Assembly (NCBI GenBank): GCA_944393385.1
Contig: CALYAA010000003.1
Location: forward strand, 29,363 to 93,362
Direction: 5' to 3'
Source of the DNA: an uncultured Clostridia bacterium
GTDB lineage: Bacteria; Bacillota; Clostridia; TANB77; CAG-508
DNA: 64,000 bases
Positions 1 to 9,735 of this stretch are shown here, piece by piece; the first letter of the stretch is position 1; every line of letters begins with the position of its first letter. A program made the translations under genes and the position numbers. The notes under the pieces are model-generated. The model did not search any database, was not told where the DNA came from, and saw nothing but the letters and a program-made list of their open reading frames with translations.

Positions 1-1118
1 TTAATATTATTTTTTATTTCTTTTATTTTTTTATTTATTTTTATTATTTTAACTAAATATATAAAAATAATTATTAAAATTGGAAAAAATAAAATATATT
101 TTAAATTATTAATTTTTTTAGGAATAAAAATAAAACCAACAATATTTAATATAATTAAAATAAATAATATTAAATTATATTTTTTTAATATTTTATTTTT
201 TATTATTTTATTTTTTTCTAATATTTCATTATTATTTTTTATATCATTATTTTCTATATTTTTATTATTTATTTTTTTATTTAAATCAATTTTTTTATAA
301 TTATTTTCTTCATTTATTTTTTCTTTTATTTTCATTTTTTCTTGATTTATTTCTGTTTTTTCATAAATGTTTTTTATTTCTTTTAATAAATTATTTTTTA
401 TATTTTCTTTATTAATTTTATTTTCTACTTCATTTATTTTTTCTCGAATTTCAAATTGAATATTTTTATTATTTTTTAATTCTTCTATTTTTTTATTATT
501 TTCTTCTATTTTTTTCTGTATTATATTTATTGGTTTTTCTTTGCTTCTTTCTGTTCCTATTTTTTCCAATTGTAATTTGTTTAGTTTGTCAATGGTCTTT
601 TTATATGATATGTTATCTTCTCCTGTTCCCAATAGGTTAGAGATTTTTTGAATAAGTATATTTTGTTTTCCTCTTCCAATTTTTACCTCTTGTTGTTGAG
701 AAACTGCAGTTGATAAATACATATTTAAGTTAATATTTGTTTGTTCATAAAAAAATTCATTTCCATTTTTTTTATTTATATTATATTCATCTGAAATATC
801 ATTTCCTTTTTCATTAAATATTTTTGGATTTTTTTTATTAAATTCTCTAAATATTTCGAATTTATTTTTATTGTCTAATTCATATATTAATTTTCCAGAA
901 TATTCTGTACTATCCCATGGATTATATTTATCAAAATCAGAAATTTCTTTTCCATTTTTATTTCTTGAGATTCCAAATAAAATATTATTTATAAAATTAA
1001 CTATTGTTGATTTTCCACTTTCGTTTTTTCCATAAATAATATTCAAATGATTTTCTAAATTAATTTCTTTATTTTTTATTTTTCCATATGAATTTATTTT
1101 TATTTTATTTATTTTCAA
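1..1118 (-). CDS. AAA/SMC-type ATPase, YhaN/SbcC-like (N-terminal part; ORF runs off the left edge)
   Basis: I translated the minus strand by hand from TTG at 1118 (preceded by GGAGGG). It is stop-free to base 1. It reads LKINKIKINSYGKIKNKEINLENHLNIIYGKNESGKSTIVNF (Walker A GKNESGKST), then a long K/N/E coiled coil, then a two-helix hydrophobic hairpin (LILFILIILNIVGFIFIP...ILFFPILIIIFIYLV). It lies directly downstream of the Mre11/SbcD-like gene. It is absent from the ORF track, probably because it is truncated by the window. Confidence 0.6.
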   Translation of the reverse strand, partial: MKINKIKINSYGKIKNKEINLENHLNIIYGKNESGKSTIVNFINNILFGISRNKNGKEISDFDKYNPWDSTEYSGKLIYELDNKNKFEIFREFNKKNPKIFNEKGNDISDEYNINKKNGNEFFYEQTNINLNMYLSTAVSQQQEVKIGRGKQNILIQKISNLLGTGEDNISYKKTIDKLNKLQLEKIGTERSKEKPINIIQKKIEENNKKIEELKNNKNIQFEIREKINEVENKINKENIKNNLLKEIKNIYEKTEINQEKMKIKEKINEENNYKKIDLNKKINNKNIENNDIKNNNEILEKNKIIKNKILKKYNLILFILIILNIVGFIFIPKKINNLKYILFFPILIIIFIYLVKIIKINKKIKEIKNNI

Positions 1119-1137
1119 AATAAATCCCTCCAAATTA

Positions 1138-2208
1138 TTATTCTAATATTTCCATACCTATTTCTAATGCTCTATTTATTATATTTTTATTATATGGATC
1201 ATTTTCTAATTCTTTTAATATTTCTTTTGCAAATAATCCCCTTAAATTATTTTCTTTAGATATTTTTTCTATATTGTAATTAATTGTTGTTTTATTTTTT
1301 ATTTTTATAATTTTTTCGTCTAATTGATATTTATATATATCATTTAGATTTATTTCAAAATTTCTTTTTCCAATTAATATAATTTCATATAAATTATTAT
1401 TTTTTAATTTCGAAAAATTTATTTTTTCAATTAATTCTTCTATAGATTTAATCTCTGTACAATTTATTTCTAACTTTTCAAATTGTACATCATCTAATTT
1501 AATAAATTTCAATTTATTTTTTTGTTTTGTTATCTCACCCACAACCATACCATGTTCACCAAGTTCATCAAAGCCCATTGCAATCGTTGAACCTGGATAT
1601 ATAATTGTTCCATCTTCTGTAAAATTTTTTTTATGAATATGTCCTAATGCAATATAGTTAAATCCTTTTTCTTCAAGAATTTTTTTACTCATTGAATTAT
1701 ATTGCATATCTTCTAAATTTGCTCCGTCTAAAGTTCCGTGAATAATTAATATATTAATTTTGTTTTTATTTTGAATTTTAAATTTACTAAAATCTAAATT
1801 TGAGCAATAAAAATCATTAAAGCCATAACCATAGATATCTACTTCTTCTGTTTCTACTTTTTGTAATTCTGATGTAAATATATAAACATTGTCATTCCAA
1901 ATAAAATTATTGTAATATGAATTTTTTAAAAAGGGGTCATGATTTCCTGGAGAAATAAATATTTGAGTTTCATTTATTTCTTTAAATAAGTCATTTAAAT
2001 ATTCTATTGTTGATTTTCTTATAAATTCATGCTCATATAAATCTCCAGATATAAAAAAATATTTTATGTGATTATCTTTTATATATTCTATTATCTTATT
2101 TAATATTTTTCTTTGGTCATATCTTCTTTGTTCTCCTATACCATTTTTATCTGAAAGCATCTTGAATTGAGCATCTAAGTGCATATCTGCTATATGTACA
2201 AATTCCAT
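1138..2208 (-). CDS. Mre11/SbcD-family metallophosphoesterase (DNA repair exonuclease, YhaO/SbcD-like)
   Basis: Calcineurin-like phosphoesterase motifs are present: HIADMHLD, SGDLYE, GNHD and GHIH. It is paired with a downstream SMC-like ATPase. Confidence 0.8.
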   Translation of the reverse strand: MEFVHIADMHLDAQFKMLSDKNGIGEQRRYDQRKILNKIIEYIKDNHIKYFFISGDLYEHEFIRKSTIEYLNDLFKEINETQIFISPGNHDPFLKNSYYNNFIWNDNVYIFTSELQKVETEEVDIYGYGFNDFYCSNLDFSKFKIQNKNKINILIIHGTLDGANLEDMQYNSMSKKILEEKGFNYIALGHIHKKNFTEDGTIIYPGSTIAMGFDELGEHGMVVGEITKQKNKLKFIKLDDVQFEKLEINCTEIKSIEELIEKINFSKLKNNNLYEIILIGKRNFEINLNDIYKYQLDEKIIKIKNKTTINYNIEKISKENNLRGLFAKEILKELENDPYNKNIINRALEIGMEILE

Positions 2209-2465
2209 TTTAAAATTGTTTCCTTTCTCTTTAGTTTTGAATTAATAAATTTATTCTAAAATTTTAATATATAAATAAATTTTTATTTTGAATATAATTA
2301 AAATTTTTTATAAAGTGCATTTTTACTAATTTCACATATATATTTTACAACATTTGTTCTGTTTTTTCAATATTTTTGACATAAAAAGTAAAATTGTGTA
2401 CGTTTTTTATGGCAAAGCCCTATTATTCAATAAAAAAATCATTTTCATATTAAATGACAAAAACT

Positions 2466-2496
2466 GAGGTAGAAAGCTTTTAAAGTTTTCTACCTC
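2466..2496 (-). terminator. Hairpin terminator downstream of the coupling-protein gene
   Basis: A 10-bp stem (gaggtagaaa / tttctacctc) sits about 45 nt after the stop at 2543. On the minus strand it is followed by a T-rich stretch. Confidence 0.5.
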
Positions 2497-2542
2497 AACT
2501 ATTGATATTTAATCATTTTTTGTAGCCTTATTTATATGATTT

Positions 2543-4618
2543 TTATTCATCATCATCAATTGGTCCAAATAATTCATCAAATTTTGCCTCTAATTCTTTT
2601 TGTAAGTCATATGTATCTTCATCATCTTCAACAATCGGTGTTTGTTTTGGAACTTCATCTTGTTTAATATCACCAAAAGAATCTTCTGTTATTATTCCTA
2701 CAGCTCCTGAATTTTGTTGTTCAGAATCTTTTTCGTTAAGGTTTTGATTATTATTTTCAACCATTATTTTTTGAGCTTTATTTGAGTTTTCTTTTTTTTG
2801 ATCTGATGGTTCATCTGTAAATAAATCATCCAAAGATTCTATTTTTAAATCTTTTGCTTCTTTTTCTGTTTTATCCTCAGTCCATGGATTATATGGATTA
2901 AATTTTCTCCATGTTCCACGATCGATTTGACCTATATCATTATGACTTATTTCTGCCTTTCTTAAACTACTTTCCATATTTTTATGTTTAAAGTAGTAAA
3001 ATTTATTTGCTTTAACTGGTTTAATTCCTTTTTCAAAAATAATACATAAATCATTATCTAATCTTCTTAATTCATCTGGTGTCATTAATGCTCTTGCCAT
3101 TACTTGGTCAGAATCACTTGTTCCTGTTCTATGATGCTGTTTATCTCTATTTATTGATATACTTTCTCTTTCAATTGTTTTTTCACCTAATGCTTTTGAA
3201 AAATATTCAACAGTTTTATATGAGTTACTTCCTAAAAATACATGTGTATCACAGTTACCTATTATTGTTTCATATGATTTATCATATATTGCTTCTAATT
3301 GGTCTAAGTTCTGTAATATAACACTAAATGATATTTTTCTACTTCTTGATGTTGATATTTTTTTATCAAAATCTGGTATTTTTCCAATATTAGCAAACTC
3401 ATCTAATATGAAATATGTTGGAACTTTTAATTTTCCACCATTATCATCTGCAAAATTGTATAATTGTTGTATCATTTGAGCAAAGAATATTGTTAGTAAA
3501 AAGTCATATGCAGTATGTGTATCTGAAGATATAACATATACTGCTGTTTTTCTACTTCCTATATCTTCAAACTTGATTGTATCTGTTGAAGTTAATTCTG
3601 CTATTTCTTTTGAATCAAATTTTCCTAATTTTGATTGTAATGTACTTAATATTGAACTATATGTCTTTTCTGGTGCTATTTCTATTGATTTATAATTCAT
3701 TCTTGCAGGATGATCATATGGTAATTTACTCATTAATTCTGTTAATAAATTACTTCCTCCATTAGAGTTTGCTGCTCTTACCAATTCTGCGCAACTTGCT
3801 AAATTCTGTTCTTCTTCTGGTCTTGTGGCCATCAAATAATAAATTAATGCTTTTAATAACATTTCTGCAGAATCATCCCAAAATGGATCTGAGCCCCCAG
3901 AATCTGTTTTTTGACCTTTTACAATTGTATTTGCTATAACATCAACATCTATTTCTGAAGAAATATGCATTAATGGATTATACCCATCACTATTTTGAGG
4001 TTTAACTAAATTAAGTACTTTAATTTCATATCCATTTTGTTTTAAATATCCTGCAGTTCTATCATATAATTCTCCTTTAGGATCTGTAAATACATATGAT
4101 CCTAATTGTTGATATGCATTTGGAATTGAATATGATGCTGATTTACCTGATCCAGAACCTCCGACTACTAATACATTGACATTTCCCCTTTTATCAACTG
4201 GTAAATAATTGTTTTCAGCAAGTATTATTCCTTTTTTATTGCTTAAAACTTGGTATTGCTCTCCATTTTTACTCCAATCACTTGAACCATGTTCCATATC
4301 TGTATATTCGTTTTTTGGAGATGCTTTTATTAATCCTATTACCATTAAAATAGCAAATAGAATTGTAAATAGTCCAACATTTTTTAAATATTGTAAAAAT
4401 ATTCCTTCACTAAATAATGTTCCAAAAGATTGAAATATATGTTGCATTGAATTAACTATTCCTTCAAATCCAGCAGTTATATCTTGTTGTACTTGTGCTT
4501 CATGAATTGCAATTGTTAAAGGCATAACTAATACTATGGATATAAATAACCATAGTATTGCAAAAATTATAAAATATTTTCTTGTCCTTCTAATAGCTCC
4601 AGAAATTTTGTAATTCAT
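2543..4618 (-). CDS. Type IV coupling protein (VirD4/TraG/TraD family ATPase)
   Basis: The N-terminus has TM helices. Walker A is VLVVGGSGSGKSASYSIPN and Walker B is TYFILDEFANIGKIP. The C-terminal tail is acidic (...EDDEDTYDLQKELEAKFDELFGPIDDDE). The ORF track starts at GTG 4630. I prefer ATG 4618, which has GAAGGTG 9 nt upstream. Confidence 0.8.
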   Translation of the reverse strand: MNYKISGAIRRTRKYFIIFAILWLFISIVLVMPLTIAIHEAQVQQDITAGFEGIVNSMQHIFQSFGTLFSEGIFLQYLKNVGLFTILFAILMVIGLIKASPKNEYTDMEHGSSDWSKNGEQYQVLSNKKGIILAENNYLPVDKRGNVNVLVVGGSGSGKSASYSIPNAYQQLGSYVFTDPKGELYDRTAGYLKQNGYEIKVLNLVKPQNSDGYNPLMHISSEIDVDVIANTIVKGQKTDSGGSDPFWDDSAEMLLKALIYYLMATRPEEEQNLASCAELVRAANSNGGSNLLTELMSKLPYDHPARMNYKSIEIAPEKTYSSILSTLQSKLGKFDSKEIAELTSTDTIKFEDIGSRKTAVYVISSDTHTAYDFLLTIFFAQMIQQLYNFADDNGGKLKVPTYFILDEFANIGKIPDFDKKISTSRSRKISFSVILQNLDQLEAIYDKSYETIIGNCDTHVFLGSNSYKTVEYFSKALGEKTIERESISINRDKQHHRTGTSDSDQVMARALMTPDELRRLDNDLCIIFEKGIKPVKANKFYYFKHKNMESSLRKAEISHNDIGQIDRGTWRKFNPYNPWTEDKTEKEAKDLKIESLDDLFTDEPSDQKKENSNKAQKIMVENNNQNLNEKDSEQQNSGAVGIITEDSFGDIKQDEVPKQTPIVEDDEDTYDLQKELEAKFDELFGPIDDDE

Positions 4619-4643
4619 ATGTAAATTCACCTTCTCTTTTGTT

Positions 4644-4925
4644 TTATTTTATTTGGTCATCTTCTTTATTTTTAGTAGATTTATGTAATTTAGCATCTTT
4701 TTTGTTATCTTCTTTTACATTATTAGAATAAGCTTTAATTACAATATAGTCTGTTGGTATAACTTCTCTATGTAATTTACCTTTAGCCTCTAATTCAAAT
4801 ACTTGTGTTGTTTTTTCTCCAGCCTTTTTTCCTATTTCTTTTACTTTTTGATTTATTTGCATACCTACAATAACTGTTTTATCATTTAAACCTGCTGGTC
4901 TTTTCTTTACTGTGTGATTCCCCAT
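4644..4925 (-). CDS. Hypothetical basic 93-aa protein, immediately upstream of the coupling protein in the same operon
   Basis: The ORF has a strong SD (AAGGAGG). It is Lys-rich and I recognise no motif. Confidence 0.55.
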   Translation of the reverse strand: MGNHTVKKRPAGLNDKTVIVGMQINQKVKEIGKKAGEKTTQVFELEAKGKLHREVIPTDYIVIKAYSNNVKEDNKKDAKLHKSTKNKEDDQIK

Positions 4926-4944
4926 AGTAAAATATCCTCCTTAA

Positions 4945-5484
4945 TTATTCACCTCTTACTTCAAACGCGAAATAAGACTTATATGGTTTTAATTTACATT
5001 TTCCCTTTACTTTATTTTCTTTCTCATCAAAATAAAGTCGAGGTTTTATTTCTTCTGTAGTTTCAGGATCAATAACACATATGTCCCTTTTTAAATTAGG
5101 GGTATAGTTAAAATCTTTAAATTCCTGTTCTTCTTCTGAATATAATGTATCAAACTTAAAAGCTGAAGGATTTTTTGCAATTCTAACTTCATTATCAATT
5201 AAAATACCAGAGTTTATTATTACTTTTTCTCCAGCAAACGAAAGAATTGCTAATTGATTTCCTTGTGGTTGTGGATTATCTACATAAAAAGTCTTTCTTC
5301 TAGAATCTCCTCTTATTTCCTCTGTATATTCTAATCTTTCAACTGTATATTTAGGATATTCTTTTAAAAAATCTTTTTCTGTTTTATTTATTTGATAAAT
5401 AACTGTATTAACACCTTGTGGATCTGTTATACTAAAATGTTTTCCTTGTAACATATCCATTTTTTTATTTTCCTCACTTTCCAT
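4945..5484 (-). CDS. Hypothetical 171-179-aa protein, first gene of the coupling-protein operon
   Basis: The ORF lies downstream of a perfect sigma-A consensus promoter. The second ATG (5460) has the better SD (GTGAGGAAA). I recognise no motif. Confidence 0.55.
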   Translation of the reverse strand: MESEENKKMDMLQGKHFSITDPQGVNTVIYQINKTEKDFLKEYPKYTVERLEYTEEIRGDSRRKTFYVDNPQPQGNQLAILSFAGEKVIINSGILIDNEVRIAKNPSAFKFDTLYSEEEQEFKDFNYTPNLKRDICVIDPETTEEIKPRLYFDEKENKVKGKCKLKPYKSYFAFEVRGE

Positions 5485-5529
5485 GCTAATCCATAGAATT
5501 GTCTTTTGTTAATCAAATCACCAATATTA

Positions 5530-5558
5530 ATTATACCGTATTTTACTGGGTTTGTCAA
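5530..5558 (-). promoter_or_regulatory. Consensus sigma-A promoter (TTGACA-N17-TATAAT) for the 179aa-93aa-coupling protein operon
   Basis: The minus strand reads TTGACAaacccagtaaaatacggTATAAT. The -35 is at 5553-5558 and the -10 at 5530-5535, with exactly 17 nt spacing. It lies about 45 nt upstream of ATG 5484. Confidence 0.65.
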
Positions 5559-5591
5559 CTTTTTTTGTTATTATGTTAAACATTTTTACAT

Positions 5592-6473
5592 TTAGACTCT
5601 TCTTGGATTAAATTTTGATATTTCTTTTAATTTTTTAAACATATCTTTTTCTTCTTTTGAAACACTTTCTGGAACTACAATCTCAATTTTTCCTATTAAT
5701 TTTCCTCTTTCTCCATTTGGTGTTTTATAACCTTTTCCTGGAATTTCGAAAATTTGACCAGATTGCACTCCATTTGGTACATAAATTTGAGTTTCTGAAT
5801 CATCTATTGATTTAACCTTAAGTTTTGTTCCAAGTACTGCTTCCCATGGTGTAATAGGTATTACTGTATATAAGTCATTATCTTTTAATTGATATTTTTT
5901 GCTATCTTCTATATTTATTTTTATATATAAATCTCCATTTTTTCCACCATTTTTACCTGGCTTTCCTTGACCAACTAATCTAATTTTTTCTGAATTTTTT
6001 ACTCCTTCTGGTAGTTTCATTGTTATTTTTTTATTTTTATTTTCAATATCTTTTAAAAGTATTGTTTTATTTGCTCCAAAAAAGCCCTCTTCAATTGTAA
6101 TATTTATTTCAGTCTCAATATTCTCTCCATTTATTGCAGGAATACTTGATTGGCCAATTTCTTCTTTTTGTTCATTATTTCCAAAAAACATTCCAAAAAA
6201 TTCTCCTGCCATTTGACTTGAAGTTTTTACATGATTTCTTTTTCTTCCTATAGCATAATTCCAAGTTCTATCATATTTTCGTTTTGTTGATGTTTCTGAA
6301 AGAATTTTATATGCTTCGTTTATATCTTTTATTTTTTCTTCTGCTAGTTTATTTCCTACATTTACATCTGGATGGTATTTTTTTGCTTGTTTTCTATATG
6401 CTGATTTTATTTGATCTAAAGTAACCTTATTGTCTTCTAAATCTAGTATTTTATAGTAGTCTTTAAATTTCAT
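5592..6473 (-). CDS. DnaJ-domain co-chaperone, CbpA-like (J domain plus DnaJ C-terminal domain, no zinc finger)
   Basis: J domain: DYYKILDLEDNKVTLDQIKSAYRKQAKKYHPDVN. The C-terminal region has a DnaJ_C-like beta-rich sequence. No CxxCxGxG repeats are present. Confidence 0.8.
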   Translation of the reverse strand: MKFKDYYKILDLEDNKVTLDQIKSAYRKQAKKYHPDVNVGNKLAEEKIKDINEAYKILSETSTKRKYDRTWNYAIGRKRNHVKTSSQMAGEFFGMFFGNNEQKEEIGQSSIPAINGENIETEINITIEEGFFGANKTILLKDIENKNKKITMKLPEGVKNSEKIRLVGQGKPGKNGGKNGDLYIKINIEDSKKYQLKDNDLYTVIPITPWEAVLGTKLKVKSIDDSETQIYVPNGVQSGQIFEIPGKGYKTPNGERGKLIGKIEIVVPESVSKEEKDMFKKLKEISKFNPRRV

Positions 6474-6490
6474 TTGATATCCCCCAATAC

Positions 6491-6530
6491 AATAAAAAAT
6501 TGGTATACTTATTATACCAATTTTTTTTCA
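6491..6530 (-). terminator. Rho-independent terminator after murF
   Basis: The stem is ttggtata/tataccaa with a 5-nt loop. It is flanked by an A-run and a T-run, and the minus-strand reading gives hairpin + TTTTTTATT. Confidence 0.6.
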
Positions 6531-6536
6531 AAAAAT

Positions 6537-7907
6537 CTATAGTTTTTGACAAATTTCGTAAAATTTCATTGCATTTGATGCTTTAATTAATACTACATCT
6601 CCTTCCTTTAAAATTTCTTCTAGTTTTTTTATAATTTCATCATTTGATTGTAACTCCATAATTTGTAATTTCTTATTTTTTTGTGCCCCTTCAATTATTT
6701 GTTTTGAATATTTTCCTCTACAAATCAAAACATCAATATTATTTGTTGCTACTTCTTCTCCTACTTTTCTATGTAACTCTTCTGAAAATTCTCCCAGTTC
6801 TAACATATCTCCTAAAACCGCAATTTTTCTTAAATCTGTACGATTTGATAGATATTTTAAACTTGCTTTCATTGATTCATAACTTGCATTATAACTATCA
6901 TTGATTATTGTTGCTCCATTATTTAAAGTTTTTATATCCATTCTTTTTTTGGTTAACTCAAATGTTAAAATTCCATTTTGAATTTCCTCATTAGATAAAT
7001 TAAACATTTCTCCTACCATAATTCCACATAAAGCATTATATATAAAATGTTCTCCTCCTACTGGCACATCTATCTCTATATTACACCCATCTTTAATTAT
7101 AGCAGTAAATTTACTATTCTCTTCCCCTAAGTTAATATTTTTAGCATTTATTTCACTTTCATTTTTTATACCATAAGTATGTATTTCAATTTTATTTTTA
7201 TTTTTCTCATACCAACTATGTAACAAATCATTATCATTATTAATTATTAATTTAGGGATTTCCATTCCTTCTAATATTTCAAGTTTTGCTTTCAAGATAT
7301 TTTCTCTTGAGCCTAAATTGCCTATATGTGATGTTCCAATATTAGTAATTATTGCTAATGTAGGTTTTGCAATTTGTGTTAATAATCTAATTTCTCCAAA
7401 ATGATTCATGCCCATTTCTACAACTAATGCTTCATGATTTTTTAACTTTAGTATTGTCATTGGTAATCCTATATTATTATTAAAATTTCCTTCTGTTTTT
7501 AATGTTTTAAATTTTTGTCCAAGAACATTTGCAACAATATCCTTTGTACTTGTTTTTCCAACACTTCCTGTTATTGCTATAACAGGAATATTATATTGTT
7601 TTCTTTTATATGTAGCAAGTTCATATAGTGATTTTAAAGTATCTTCAACTATTATTATTACTTTATCTTTATAAATTAATTTGTCTTCATCAGTAATTTT
7701 TATTTCTGAAACAATAACTGCTTTAGCTCCTGCATCTAATGCCTGTTTCCAAAAATCACTCCCATCAAATTTTTCTCCTTTTATACCTATATATAAATCA
7801 TTTTCTTGTATTGTTCGAGTATCTTTTGAAAAGTTTTCTATCTCAGTTTTTAAATCTCCAATAATTAATTTTCCTTTTGTTACATTTAAAATTTCTTCTA
7901 TTTTCAT
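6537..7907 (-). CDS. murF: UDP-N-acetylmuramoyl-tripeptide--D-alanyl-D-alanine ligase
   Basis: Mur ligase P-loop ITGSVGKTSTKD. The N-terminus is MurF-like (DTRTIQENDLYIGIKGEKFDGSDF), and the length of 456 aa fits. Confidence 0.9.
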   Translation of the reverse strand: MKIEEILNVTKGKLIIGDLKTEIENFSKDTRTIQENDLYIGIKGEKFDGSDFWKQALDAGAKAVIVSEIKITDEDKLIYKDKVIIIVEDTLKSLYELATYKRKQYNIPVIAITGSVGKTSTKDIVANVLGQKFKTLKTEGNFNNNIGLPMTILKLKNHEALVVEMGMNHFGEIRLLTQIAKPTLAIITNIGTSHIGNLGSRENILKAKLEILEGMEIPKLIINNDNDLLHSWYEKNKNKIEIHTYGIKNESEINAKNINLGEENSKFTAIIKDGCNIEIDVPVGGEHFIYNALCGIMVGEMFNLSNEEIQNGILTFELTKKRMDIKTLNNGATIINDSYNASYESMKASLKYLSNRTDLRKIAVLGDMLELGEFSEELHRKVGEEVATNNIDVLICRGKYSKQIIEGAQKNKKLQIMELQSNDEIIKKLEEILKEGDVVLIKASNAMKFYEICQKL

Positions 7908-7994
7908 AATTAATCATAATCCTTTCTCTTAAATATTATATTATTTTCTATATGATATTGCAACACAAATTTCTCCATTTTTTTGTCAATGGGT

Positions 7995-8065
7995 TGTCAA
8001 TGGGGACGGAGATTTTGACAACTTTTATATTAAAAAAGTTGTCAAAATCTCCGTCCCCATTGACA
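7995..8065. repeat. Perfect 32-bp inverted repeat (7-nt loop); probable transcript-end hairpin of the SASP gene
   Basis: 7995-8026 (ttgtcaatggggacggagattttgacaactttt) is the exact reverse complement of 8034-8065. It is locally GC-richer than its surroundings and begins 17 nt after the SASP stop. Confidence 0.6.
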
Positions 8066-8082
8066 TTCAAATTATCTAAAAA

Positions 8083-8262
8083 CTATTTATTGTCTACAGC
8101 TCTATTTGCAATTTCTATAGCTTTTGATACAATATTACCACATGTTTTAGAAGAAACGTTTTCCCAACTTCCTCCGTCTCTTTTTACTTGGTCATAAACA
8201 CCTAATTCTTTTGCTATTTCTGTTCGTAAGTTTTCAGATATTAATTTGCTATTTCTTGACAT
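8083..8262 (-). CDS. Small acid-soluble spore protein, alpha/beta type (59 aa)
   Basis: Hand translation: MSRNSKLISENLRTEIAKELGVYDQVKRDGGSWENVSSKTCGNIVSKAIEIANRAVDNK. It matches the alpha/beta SASP pattern (K.EIA.ELGV ... S.. CG..). An SD (AAAGGAGA) lies upstream. It falls below the ORF-track length cutoff. Confidence 0.7.
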   Translation of the reverse strand: MSRNSKLISENLRTEIAKELGVYDQVKRDGGSWENVSSKTCGNIVSKAIEIANRAVDNK

Positions 8263-8385
8263 ATTATAAGTCTCCTTTCAAATTTCAATCTGTATATTAC
8301 GGACCGTTTTTGAAAATATTATTTAATATTTTCAATTTTATTATTTGCAAAAATCTTTTTATTATTATAAAAATTTTTTCCAATT

Positions 8386-9735
8386 TTATTCTGTTAAAGT
8401 TCCATTTTCAGTATTAATTAAAATAAGTGTATCTTCTTCTTTTCCATTTTCTGCATTTATATAAGTTAAAAATTCTATATCATTCACTTTTCCTTTAATT
8501 TCATAACATAAAATTTCTGTATTAAATTCAGTTGGTATTATAGATAGTCCTTTTACTTCACATTGGACATTTTTTGAAATATTTTTAGTTGCATCCTCTT
8601 TAGATATTACGGATTTTGAAATCTCTCTGTTATAATGATTATTTAAATATCCCATTGATTCAATTCCTATAATTTCTCCATTATCTAAAGCTATTTTTAC
8701 TTTAATTAAATCAGGATATACTATTATATCTCCTTGTTTATAAGCATAATTTACAGTAATAAATCCATTATTTCTAAGTGTATACGTTTCTTGCATGTTT
8801 TCAAATCCTTTTGATGATAAATATTCTTTTCCTTTTTGAATTGCTTCTTGTTCAGTTATATTTTCTTCTGTAATATCTCTATCATAATTCATAAAAACAA
8901 TATGCCCACCTTTTTTAGAAATAGATATTCCTATTATTTTATCTTCATTTGTTGTAATTTCAAATCTATAAACTGGAATATTTCCATTTTCTACAAAGCC
9001 ATTGTTTTTAGTTTCTTTTATTTTTTCTTTTCCAATAAATTCTTCTGCAACTTGTTTTGCTTGTTCTTCTGATATATCTTCACCCGTTAAGCCTCTTCTT
9101 TCATTATTAGTTAAATGTTCAGAATATGCTCCATCATAAATTAAACCTGTGTATTCATGGAAGTTTTCTTCTACAATATTAAAATTATTAACTTGAGATA
9201 TATTAGATTCTTCTGTATTATTTTTTAAATCTTCCCAATTTAATGTTCCATTATTTAATTCATCTAACATTTCTGTTAATGTATTTGATAAATCATTAGA
9301 ATAATTATAAAGTTCTTCAATTTTTGCTATATCTTCATCAGTTAAATCTTCTCCATTCATATTTTTGTTAAATAATGAATAACTATATTCACTTACTTGA
9401 TTCAAAAATTTTTCTGTATTTTCTATCTCTTGACTTTCAATTGGAAGCATTACTAAATAACACATCGCTAAATTTGCTTCTCTCCAAACATGTGATAATG
9501 TTTTTAATCCATGTGTTGCATCTTTTGATATTAGAGCTTTTGCTAAATATATTTTCGTATTTTGAACTCTATCAACAATTTCATAAAGTGATTGATTACT
9601 ATCATTTTCCACAACAGTTGCGTAAGAAACATTTTTATTATATAAATTTACTGCAAGTATTATTGAAAGAATAATTAACAAAATTGTTATTGCACTCCAA
9701 ATTTTATTAATTCCCTTTAAGTTTTTATTATTCAC
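8386..9735 (-). CDS. ypeB: Germination protein YpeB (PepSY-domain, membrane-anchored)
   Basis: It has an N-terminal TM segment. YpeB signatures are present: HVWREANLAMCYLVMLPIESQEIENTEKFLNQVSEYSYSL. The C-terminal region has PepSY-like repeats. Confidence 0.75.
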   Translation of the reverse strand: MNNKNLKGINKIWSAITILLIILSIILAVNLYNKNVSYATVVENDSNQSLYEIVDRVQNTKIYLAKALISKDATHGLKTLSHVWREANLAMCYLVMLPIESQEIENTEKFLNQVSEYSYSLFNKNMNGEDLTDEDIAKIEELYNYSNDLSNTLTEMLDELNNGTLNWEDLKNNTEESNISQVNNFNIVEENFHEYTGLIYDGAYSEHLTNNERRGLTGEDISEEQAKQVAEEFIGKEKIKETKNNGFVENGNIPVYRFEITTNEDKIIGISISKKGGHIVFMNYDRDITEENITEQEAIQKGKEYLSSKGFENMQETYTLRNNGFITVNYAYKQGDIIVYPDLIKVKIALDNGEIIGIESMGYLNNHYNREISKSVISKEDATKNISKNVQCEVKGLSIIPTEFNTEILCYEIKGKVNDIEFLTYINAENGKEEDTLILINTENGTLTE

